Shown here: piece after piece, positions 56,761-64,000 of the stretch
How the letters are laid out: each line of letters starts with the position of its first letter
Position numbering within the stretch: the stretch's first letter is position 1
Assembly: GCA_902771695.1 (NCBI GenBank)
Contig: CACXXP010000001.1
Span: 45,862 to 109,861 of the forward strand
Direction: 5' to 3'
Origin: an uncultured Pseudomonadota bacterium
Lineage (GTDB): Bacteria; Pseudomonadota; Alphaproteobacteria; Rs-D84
DNA: 64,000 bases
Notes under the pieces: generated by a model
Database searches by the model: none
What the model saw: only the letters and a program-made list of their open reading frames with translations
Told to the model about the DNA's origin: nothing
Program-made: the position numbers and the translations under genes

Positions 56761-58341
56761 ATGAATATGTTTCAGTTTCTGGAAAACACAGTAAAAAAGT
56801 GGCCAGATGTATTGTATCTTGTTCGTGAAGAAGTCACATACAGTGCTTTTCTTGAATTGGTAAAACGTCGTGCGGCGACACTGCATGATGCGGGTGTTAA
56901 ATCGGGTGATGTTGTTGGAATTTTGTCGCATAACATCCCATCATTTCCAATTACTTTGTTTGCAATATGGTATTTGGGTGGGCGTGTATTGCTGTTGGAT
57001 ACGAATTTGACACCATTTGAATATGATAATATGGCCCAAATAACTAAATGCAGTTTTGTTTGTGCAGAAAAGTCGTTCTTTTATAAAACAGATAAATTCA
57101 CATTTATTGATATTACAACCGCAGACGGCGATGTGAATCCGAAATTGAAACCTGCTAAATTAGATGACAAAGATATCGCAACATTATCATTTACATCTGG
57201 GTCAACGGGAACACCAAAGGTTGTGCCACTGACGCATTATAATTTGGTTGAATGTGCAAATTCTTTGTTGGATATGCATGAATATATTACCGCAGGCGAT
57301 ATTATGTATGGTTTCTTGCCAATGTATCATGTGTTTGGATTTGCAGTTGAAATACTTGCAACGTTGCAATATGGGGCGGGCGTTTTATTGCAACCGACCG
57401 TTAATCCAAAAGAAATTATGGCGGATCTTAAGAAATATCGTCCGCATGTCATACCGGCGGTCCCACGTTTGTTTGAGGTTTTTCGTAACAAAATCATTGA
57501 TGGTATTAAATCTAAACACAAATGGTGGTTGTTTTCGTTCGTTATGAAAAACGCCGGATGGTTGCGTAAAATTGGTTTGGGGCGCGTCATAGATGCCATT
57601 TATAAACCTGTCTTGGATGTATTCGGTGGTCGTGCAAAATTGTTGGTTGCGGGTGGTGCGGCAACAAAGCCGGAAATTGAAAATTTCTTTGTTGCACTTG
57701 GGCTTGGGTTTATCCAAGGGTATGGAATGACCGAAACTGTTGGCCCAATCTGTATATCTAAACCGTGCAAGGGGCGTGTGCCGTTTGCGTTTGGGGGCCC
57801 AACAACAAATAATATTGTTGAAATTCGTGATAAAAATGCCGATGGCGTTGGAATATTGTGGTTAAAGGGTAATCAAGTATTTGGTGGATACCTGAATAAT
57901 GAAGAGGCCAACAAAGGTGTCTTTGATGAACGTGGGTTCTTTAACACGGGTGATATGGTGTCCATGGATAAAAACGGCGAATTGCATTTTGCTGGGCGTA
58001 AAAAACAGGTTATTGTTTTGGACAGTGGTAAAAATGTTTATCCTGATGAATTAGAGGGATTGTTTATAACAATTCCTGGGGTCAAAAATGTGGCGGTATT
58101 TGAACATAAAATCAAAGATAAAACCGTTGCATATGGTGTGTTTAGTGTTGACGCCGGTATGACAATTGAAAAATTGGGGGCGGCAATTGCCGCGGCAAAC
58201 AAGAAAGTTGCATCGTATAAATGGGTGACTCATTTTGCAATGACAACGGATGATTTGCCAATGACCAGTACACAAAAAGTTAAACATCATATGGTTCGCC
58301 AGAATCTTATTGATGGTAAATATCCGATTTGTAAAGAATAG
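56761..58341 (+). CDS. Long-chain-fatty-acid--CoA ligase-like AMP-binding enzyme.
   Basis: AMP-binding motif TSGSTGTPKVV, GYGMTE, and the adenylation-domain organisation. Confidence 0.75.
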   Translation: MNMFQFLENTVKKWPDVLYLVREEVTYSAFLELVKRRAATLHDAGVKSGDVVGILSHNIPSFPITLFAIWYLGGRVLLLDTNLTPFEYDNMAQITKCSFVCAEKSFFYKTDKFTFIDITTADGDVNPKLKPAKLDDKDIATLSFTSGSTGTPKVVPLTHYNLVECANSLLDMHEYITAGDIMYGFLPMYHVFGFAVEILATLQYGAGVLLQPTVNPKEIMADLKKYRPHVIPAVPRLFEVFRNKIIDGIKSKHKWWLFSFVMKNAGWLRKIGLGRVIDAIYKPVLDVFGGRAKLLVAGGAATKPEIENFFVALGLGFIQGYGMTETVGPICISKPCKGRVPFAFGGPTTNNIVEIRDKNADGVGILWLKGNQVFGGYLNNEEANKGVFDERGFFNTGDMVSMDKNGELHFAGRKKQVIVLDSGKNVYPDELEGLFITIPGVKNVAVFEHKIKDKTVAYGVFSVDAGMTIEKLGAAIAAANKKVASYKWVTHFAMTTDDLPMTSTQKVKHHMVRQNLIDGKYPICKE

Positions 58342-58368
58342 GTGATAATTGGTATTTAGTATTTAATA

Positions 58369-58400
58369 CAGGTGCGTTCATCGCACCTGGTTTTTATTTT
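58369..58400. terminator. Bidirectional rho-independent terminator between convergent genes.
   Basis: CAGGTGCGTTCATCGCACCTGG followed by T-run. Confidence 0.65.
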
Positions 58401-59695
58401 CCCAAACATAATTGTGAAAATGTCATGTCTAATACTTCATTTGCACCGATTACCCCAAGTATTTTACCAATCGCATCGGCGGCATAACGAACATGTTCAG
58501 ACAATATATCGTAATCGCCATTTGATTTTTCAATTGCGTTTTTCAATTCATCGGCGGCCGTTTGTACCAAATCATATGTGCGTGCATTTATCATCAAAAC
58601 CGATTCGCCGTTCCCAGTAATTTTATTTATTTTGTCTGTTATTGCAGACATAAGTTCCGCAATACCGTCCCCATTTTCTGCCGATGTATATATTGCACCT
58701 GGAACATCGCGTTTGGTCGTAGTGTCTGATTTATTTACAACCAATATTTCTCCGGGTTTTATTGCGGTGTGTTCGTCATTTGGATTTATAATATGCAACA
58801 CAATATCAGCGTTTTTTATTTCATCGTTTGTACGTTCTATACCGATTCGTTCAATTGTATCGGTGGTTTCACGTATACCCGCCGTATCAGATATATTTAC
58901 CATATATCCAGCAATATCCATTGTGGCCGATACAACATCACGTGTTGTGCCGGGGACATCGGAAACGATGGCGCGGGCACTGCCGATTATCTGATTAAAT
59001 ATTGATGATTTACCGACATTTGTTTCGCCAACAATCGCGATATTCACACCACATGTTATTGCACGTGATGCATTATATTTCTTCAATGCGTCGGAAATAG
59101 CCGTATAGAGAGTTTTTATGTTATTATAAATTGTTTCGTCTATGTTGGCCGGTAAATCATCAGAATTGTAATCTGTCATTGCGGCGGCGTACGCAGATAT
59201 CTTTAACATTTGTAATCGCCATTCTGTGTAAATATCACTGTCGCCACCCATCATAGATTTTAATGCCGCAATGCGTTGTTTATCAGTTTGTGCATTCAGT
59301 AATGCCACCAGACCGTCTACATCAGATAAATCCATTTTGTCGTTATAAAATGCGCGACGCGAAAATTCACCAGGGGTCGCAATGCGCATCCCACATTCAC
59401 GCAAAAATTTGAATATCTTTAATATAACCGCCGGTGCACCATGTGAATGAATTTCAATTATGTCTGTGCCGGTAAAACTGAAAGGCCCTTTGAAATAAAT
59501 AATGATGCATTGGTCAATTATTTCGCCGGCTTTATCGTTCAAGTTTGTAAAATATGCATGCCGCGGAATTATGGTCGTTCGTCCGGTAATTTTCTTTGCA
59601 AATGTCCCGAGTTTATCCCCAGATATGCGGATTACCGCAACGCCAGATTTACCTGGCCCAGATGAAAGTGCAAAGATTGTATCGTTTTTATTCAT
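58394..59695 (-). CDS. mnmE: tRNA modification GTPase MnmE.
   Basis: 433 aa. N-terminal TIFALSSGPGKSGVAVIRISG, G-domain GETNVGKSS, and a C-terminal CxGK motif (CLGK). Confidence 0.9.
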   Translation of the reverse strand: MNKNDTIFALSSGPGKSGVAVIRISGDKLGTFAKKITGRTTIIPRHAYFTNLNDKAGEIIDQCIIIYFKGPFSFTGTDIIEIHSHGAPAVILKIFKFLRECGMRIATPGEFSRRAFYNDKMDLSDVDGLVALLNAQTDKQRIAALKSMMGGDSDIYTEWRLQMLKISAYAAAMTDYNSDDLPANIDETIYNNIKTLYTAISDALKKYNASRAITCGVNIAIVGETNVGKSSIFNQIIGSARAIVSDVPGTTRDVVSATMDIAGYMVNISDTAGIRETTDTIERIGIERTNDEIKNADIVLHIINPNDEHTAIKPGEILVVNKSDTTTKRDVPGAIYTSAENGDGIAELMSAITDKINKITGNGESVLMINARTYDLVQTAADELKNAIEKSNGDYDILSEHVRYAADAIGKILGVIGANEVLDMTFSQLCLGK

Positions 59696-60270
59696 TATTT
59701 ATTTCCACTTATTTCTTTTAATGCCATCGGCACCAGTTTTGATATATCGGCGTCTGGATTATTTGCAACCAATTTTTGTGCCATGTCAATAATATCCATA
59801 CGGCGATATCCTAATGATTCTAGTGCCGACAATAAATCTGGCAATACTGTGCCTGAATCAGATACACCAAAATCAAATGAAGCGCCACCAACACGGGATT
59901 TTAACTCTACAATAATTTTTTCGGCCATTTTTTTGCCAACGCCCGGTGCGGTTGCAATTGTTTTGGCGTCACCTGTTGCAATTGCCGTCATTAAAGTATC
60001 TGTTTTTATCGTTCCCATGATGGCCAGTGCAACCTTTGGTCCAACCCCCGATACACCAATTAACATGTTGAACAGATTTTGCGATGATTGGGTTAAAAAA
60101 CCAAATAAACGAATCGAATCTTCACGGACAATGGTTTCAATCCATAATGTGACAGTGGTCTTTTGTGGCAACATTTCCGGGGTATACACACGATATCCGA
60201 CAGGGCCCGCCATCAAAATAATAAACCCGTCACCGATATAATCAACAATACCTTGCAATTTTCCAATCAT
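59695..60270 (-). CDS. ruvA: Holliday junction DNA helicase RuvA.
   Basis: 191 aa. MIGKLQGIV…, two HhH motifs (…GVGPKVALAIM…, …APGVGKKMAEKI…). Confidence 0.88.
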   Translation of the reverse strand: MIGKLQGIVDYIGDGFIILMAGPVGYRVYTPEMLPQKTTVTLWIETIVREDSIRLFGFLTQSSQNLFNMLIGVSGVGPKVALAIMGTIKTDTLMTAIATGDAKTIATAPGVGKKMAEKIIVELKSRVGGASFDFGVSDSGTVLPDLLSALESLGYRRMDIIDMAQKLVANNPDADISKLVPMALKEISGNK

Positions 60271-60323
60271 TTGCTATCCTTTATGCCGATAATTTTAATC
60301 TAATTAAATCAAAAGGTCAAATT

Positions 60324-61040
60324 ATGAGTGGACACAGCAAATGGCATAACATTCAGCACAAGAAAGGGCTGGCCGATGCGGCACGCAGTGGTTTGTTTAC
60401 AAAATTGGCACGTGAAATTACTATGGCGGCCAAGTTGGGCGATAAAAACCCAGATAATAATCCACGTTTGCGTCTGGCCATATTACAGGCACGTAAAAAT
60501 TCTATGCCGAATGATAATATTAAGCGCGCAATTGAAAAGGCGTCTGGATCAAACACCGAAAGTTATGTTGCGGTTCGTTACGAAGGATATGGTCCGGGTG
60601 CGGTGCCAATTATTGTAGAAGCATTAACCGATAATCCACGTCGTACGGTACCCGAAGTTCGCAATATATTTTCTAAACATGGTGGTAATATGGGCGAAGA
60701 GGGCAGTGTGGCGTTTATGTTCACGCGTGCCGGTCAGATTTTGTATCCATCGTCCATCGGTAAAACAGAAGATGAAATGATGGAAATCATTATGGATGCG
60801 GATGCAGACAATTTGGAAACAACCGAAGAAGGTTTCATAATTACAACCAAGCCAGATGATTTCATAAACATCCAAAAGAAAATCGCTGACGTTTTGGGCG
60901 AACCGGAAAGTGCGGAATTAACATGGATTCCAAATATGCCGATGGATGTAGACGAAGAAACATGGGAAAAGGTTGAACGCCTGGTTGATGCATTGGATGC
61001 AAATGATGACGTCCAAAAAGTATTTACTGCTGCGGCATAA
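60324..61040 (+). CDS. yebC: YebC/PmpR-family transcriptional regulator.
   Basis: MSGHSKWHNIQHKKG N-terminus, diagnostic for the family. Confidence 0.9.
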   Translation: MSGHSKWHNIQHKKGLADAARSGLFTKLAREITMAAKLGDKNPDNNPRLRLAILQARKNSMPNDNIKRAIEKASGSNTESYVAVRYEGYGPGAVPIIVEALTDNPRRTVPEVRNIFSKHGGNMGEEGSVAFMFTRAGQILYPSSIGKTEDEMMEIIMDADADNLETTEEGFIITTKPDDFINIQKKIADVLGEPESAELTWIPNMPMDVDEETWEKVERLVDALDANDDVQKVFTAAA

Positions 61041-61064
61041 AGTGTTAGCGGTTAGTATTAGTAC

Positions 61065-61097
61065 AACCGCCCGATTGGGCGGTTTTCTATTTTTTAT
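61065..61097. terminator. Bidirectional rho-independent terminator.
   Basis: AACCGCCCGATTGGGCGGTT followed by TTCTATTTTTT. Confidence 0.6.
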
Positions 61098-61653
61098 ATT
61101 CCGATTTTAATTTTCCAAACATGGCGGTACTGTGTACTGAACCATCTGGCCATAATTTTCGTTCGCGTTGAATTCCTTCTAGGATATAGCCATTTTTTTC
61201 GGCGTGGCGACGCGATGCAATGTTGTCATTATCGCACCATATATTTATTTTGCGCAGGTTGAAAGTTTCAAAAGCCAGTTGTTCTATTACAGGAATTAAT
61301 CTATCTATTATGCCTTTGCCACGTGCAGACTTTTTTAACCAATAGCCGATTTCGGCGGTTTGATTAGTTGTGTCTATGCCAGATAAACCAATTTCCCCCA
61401 GTAATTCATCGTTTTTGAAAATACCGTACATCGCAAATTGCCAACGTGTATCGTTAGGTTGTGATTTGTTTTGGTAATATTTAAGCACATCTTCGACAGA
61501 TTTCCACATGCCACCATTAAACCAGTGTTTGAAAGTGTCGGCATCTTCTATAAAAATATCATAGATTTCTTCGGCGAAATCCTTGGTTGCAGGTATCTGA
61601 CGTAATACGAAATCCTCTACTATGATTTTTTCTGGTTTGATAAAATCGGACAT
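61087..61653 (-). CDS. GNAT-family N-acetyltransferase (RimJ/RimL-like).
   Basis: 188 aa. GNAT core (…IGLSGIDTTNQTAEIGYWLKKSARGKGIIDRLIPVIEQLAFETFNLRKINIWCDNDNIASRRHAEKNGY…). C-terminal …FGKLKSEYKK is paralogous to the GNAT at 8083. Confidence 0.7.
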   Translation of the reverse strand: MSDFIKPEKIIVEDFVLRQIPATKDFAEEIYDIFIEDADTFKHWFNGGMWKSVEDVLKYYQNKSQPNDTRWQFAMYGIFKNDELLGEIGLSGIDTTNQTAEIGYWLKKSARGKGIIDRLIPVIEQLAFETFNLRKINIWCDNDNIASRRHAEKNGYILEGIQRERKLWPDGSVHSTAMFGKLKSEYKK

Positions 61654-61663
61654 TTGAGAACCT

Positions 61664-62155
61664 TTATTTTATAAATTTTGCAAAATTAGTTGTGTTTGCA
61701 TGGGCCAGGGCTATTGCGATGGCATCACTTTCGTCCGGCGTTTTTGGGGCGGCCGCCGGCAATAGTATGCGGACCATTTTATCAACCGCTGTTTTATCGG
61801 CATGACCGCCGCCCGTTAAAATCTTTTTTATCCGATTCGGTTCGTATTCAAATATTGGTATGTTTTTAACCGCAATTGCAACCATTGCCGCCGCGCGTGC
61901 ATGCCCCAATATCAGTGTCGTTGTTGGATTTTTATTTACGAACGTTATTTCCATGCTGCATTCATTCGGTTCAAATGTTTCACAAAGTTTTGTTACTTCA
62001 TTAAATATAATTGCCAAACGTTCAGGCAATGCCCCGGTCTTTTTTGGCAAAATAACACCGCTGGCCACATAGTGACGGGATGTACCTGCGGTATCAATAA
62101 CCGCCCAACCTGTATGTAAAAGCCCGGGATCAATCCCCAAAATACGTGTTGCCAT
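61664..62155 (-). CDS. ruvC: Crossover junction endodeoxyribonuclease RuvC.
   Basis: ILGIDPGL…, catalytic acidic residues, 163 aa. Confidence 0.88.
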   Translation of the reverse strand: MATRILGIDPGLLHTGWAVIDTAGTSRHYVASGVILPKKTGALPERLAIIFNEVTKLCETFEPNECSMEITFVNKNPTTTLILGHARAAAMVAIAVKNIPIFEYEPNRIKKILTGGGHADKTAVDKMVRILLPAAAPKTPDESDAIAIALAHANTTNFAKFIK

Positions 62156-62157
62156 TG

Positions 62158-62487
62158 TTATTTCCTGAAACTAATTTTACCGACACAATCAGAACCAAAA
62201 TATTTGTTTATCTTTTTCTTAATTTCTTCGGTCATATAGGACAATTTTAATGTATACGCCGGATTTTTAGGGCGTAAAACAATGTTGTATTCGCCGGTTT
62301 TTAATTTTTTTACTGCGCAAATATCTGCCAAGTTTGATATTTCTGTGCCGATTATTTTTGACCAATTTGCGACCAAATCCGAATCGGATGCGCGTACCCC
62401 GAAAAGCTTGAACAAACCGCCCAATGCCCCAGCAATAGTTTGTGGGCGTTTTGCACGTGCGGAAAATTTATCATCTTGGTTTGACAT
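62158..62487 (-). CDS. DUF721-domain protein (DciA-like).
   Basis: 109 aa. The DUF721 fold region (…LVANWSKIIGTEISNLADICAVKKLKTGEYNIVLRPKNPAYTLKLSYMTEEIKKKINKYFG…). Confidence 0.5.
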   Translation of the reverse strand: MSNQDDKFSARAKRPQTIAGALGGLFKLFGVRASDSDLVANWSKIIGTEISNLADICAVKKLKTGEYNIVLRPKNPAYTLKLSYMTEEIKKKINKYFGSDCVGKISFRK

Positions 62488-63574
62488 AGCGATATTCTTT
62501 CGGCATCAGGATATACATTTCGCCTTGGGCATGTTGACCGTGGGCATAATTATATGCCTCGTCACCTTTGCCAAAGAATATGTCGGCACGAATCCAACCA
62601 CGAATCGCACTGCCGGTATCTTGGGCAATCATCAGGCGTCTAAACTTTTGTCCATTTGACAGGTTGGTATCTATGTATACGGGCAAACCCAATGTATACA
62701 GCGAATCATCCATTGCAACACTGCGGATTTTAGAAAGTGGTGTCCCCAGTTTACCAATTACATCTGGGGGTACTGATTCATAGAAATATACATACCGTGG
62801 ATTGTTATAAATTACTTCTTTGGCAAGTTTCGGATTCTTTTTCAGATGTTTCCATACGGCATCTGCGGAATATCCGCCATCTGGACGGATACCGCGGTTG
62901 CGCAACTGTTCACCAATAGATTTAAATGGCATATCGTTCACGGCGGCAAAGTTTAACTTTACCAATGTTCCGTCTTGCAATTTCAACATGCCACTGCCCT
63001 GGATTTGTATATTTTGGACATCAACAATGTTTGCCCAATACAGGACGCGACCAATTTTGTTTTCAACAATTTTCTTTTTTGATACGCCCTTGAAATTTTG
63101 GCCATTTGTCGGAATACCCATCAATGGTTCATTGCATTCTGCGGTTTTTGTTCGGCATGCCGGAATTACCGGTGAATAATACCCGGTGTATGTGCCCTTG
63201 GTCCCGCCGTTATCGTTATAGATTTTATATGGTTGGAAATGTGATTCAAACCATGCCCGAATTGTAGAATTGTCGGCACTGGCACTGGGTAACATGTTGC
63301 ACTTTTCTTCAAATAATGCACGATCTGGGATGACACGGCCCGTATATTGTATTTTGGCCTTGCAGGAATTACGGAATGCCTGGAGTGCGTATCGCACATC
63401 GTCTTTGTTCCAATCTGGTAATTCTGAATAAGATACCGCCTTTAGATTTCTTGACGGAAACACCGAATCGTCACCGGTATGGGTTGGGGTTGAAACATCA
63501 CACGAAGTCAGCACCAGACAACAAAACGCCGTGGCGATTCCGCGCAAAATCCGCCTTGGAAAACTGTATATCAT
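62471..63574 (-). CDS. mltA: Membrane-bound lytic murein transglycosylase A-like lipoprotein.
   Basis: Lipobox LVLTSC. MltA-domain and 3D-domain motifs (…GSGMLKLQDGTLVKLNFAAVNDMPFKSIG…, …AQDTGSAIRG…). Confidence 0.75.
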   Translation of the reverse strand: MIYSFPRRILRGIATAFCCLVLTSCDVSTPTHTGDDSVFPSRNLKAVSYSELPDWNKDDVRYALQAFRNSCKAKIQYTGRVIPDRALFEEKCNMLPSASADNSTIRAWFESHFQPYKIYNDNGGTKGTYTGYYSPVIPACRTKTAECNEPLMGIPTNGQNFKGVSKKKIVENKIGRVLYWANIVDVQNIQIQGSGMLKLQDGTLVKLNFAAVNDMPFKSIGEQLRNRGIRPDGGYSADAVWKHLKKNPKLAKEVIYNNPRYVYFYESVPPDVIGKLGTPLSKIRSVAMDDSLYTLGLPVYIDTNLSNGQKFRRLMIAQDTGSAIRGWIRADIFFGKGDEAYNYAHGQHAQGEMYILMPKEYRYVKPR

Positions 63575-63656
63575 TTTATTTATGCCCCCCACTTGTAAAA
63601 TCATTCTTTAATGCTATATTATCATAAAACGAGTCATAAAAAAAGGAGCAATCGTA

Positions 63657-64000
63657 ATGGCAAAGTTTAATATCATATCTCAATTCTTGAAAGACATCTC
63701 TTTTGAAAGCCCAAATGTCCCGGATTTATTCTTTAAACAAGATAATGGCCAGGCAGAATTGGAAATAAACATAGATATGCAGGTCAAAGGTTCAGAAAAG
63801 AATCTGTTTATGGTTGATTTGATTACAAAAATTCATTCTAAATTAAAGGCCGATGGCAAATCTATCTTTTTGATTGAAGCTACATATTCTGGTTTGGTTC
63901 AAATGGAAGAAGAAAAAGATGAAGATGCGAAAAAGCGTACTTTGTTGATTGATGTTCCGACATTGTTGTTCCCATCCGTTCGCGCATTGGTAACACGTTT
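63657..64000 (+). CDS. secB: Protein-export chaperone SecB (runs out of the window at its 3' end).
   Basis: RBS AAAAAAGGAG. MAKFNIISQFLKDISFESPNVP…LIEATYSGLV… matches SecB. No stop before the window end. Confidence 0.8.
   Translation, partial: MAKFNIISQFLKDISFESPNVPDLFFKQDNGQAELEINIDMQVKGSEKNLFMVDLITKIHSKLKADGKSIFLIEATYSGLVQMEEEKDEDAKKRTLLIDVPTLLFPSVRALVTR

Overview
The window is a low-GC chromosomal segment that looks alphaproteobacterial: it carries a GapR/DUF2312 gene, ftsQ followed by an ftsA-like gene, an rmuC-def-fmt-truA block, ruvC/ruvA/yebC, secB and a single LolC/E. The frequent 1-14 nt overlaps between neighbouring genes suggest a compact, possibly host-associated genome. Most of the window is housekeeping and DNA-repair genes (ung, an HhH-GPD glycosylase, an AlkD-like protein, uvrB, xth, addB, ruvABC, aspS, tsaE, lolCD, an RND efflux operon, pyrG, pyk, mnmE, rsmI, engB, mltA). 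Three tRNAs are present: tRNA(CAU) Met/Ile2, tRNA-Thr(GGU) and tRNA-Gln(UUG). Between about 24.0 and 34.1 kb there is an AT-rich accessory region of lineage-specific ORFs ending at tRNA-Gln: an HExxH protein, an NlpC/P60-like Cys peptidase, a NADAR protein, a GNAT, an APH/ChoK-like kinase, and XRE and LysR regulators. Inside that region a 1.2-kb unit with roughly 25-34-bp terminal inverted repeats encloses two coupled ORFs of unknown function; this is the strongest candidate for an undescribed mobile or defence/addiction module. Other notable points are a single 593-aa ORF that fuses an FtsA-like protein in frame to ribulose-phosphate 3-epimerase, a tRNA(CAU) whose 3' end plus terminator is duplicated 176 bp downstream beside an APH-like gene, a roughly 24-bp direct repeat bracketing the second APH-like kinase gene, an 80-bp direct repeat upstream of aspS and of a small ORFan, and a new Cys-rich C-terminal motif shared by two unrelated small secreted or membrane proteins. 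No CRISPR array, rRNA or recognisable transposase/integrase is present.
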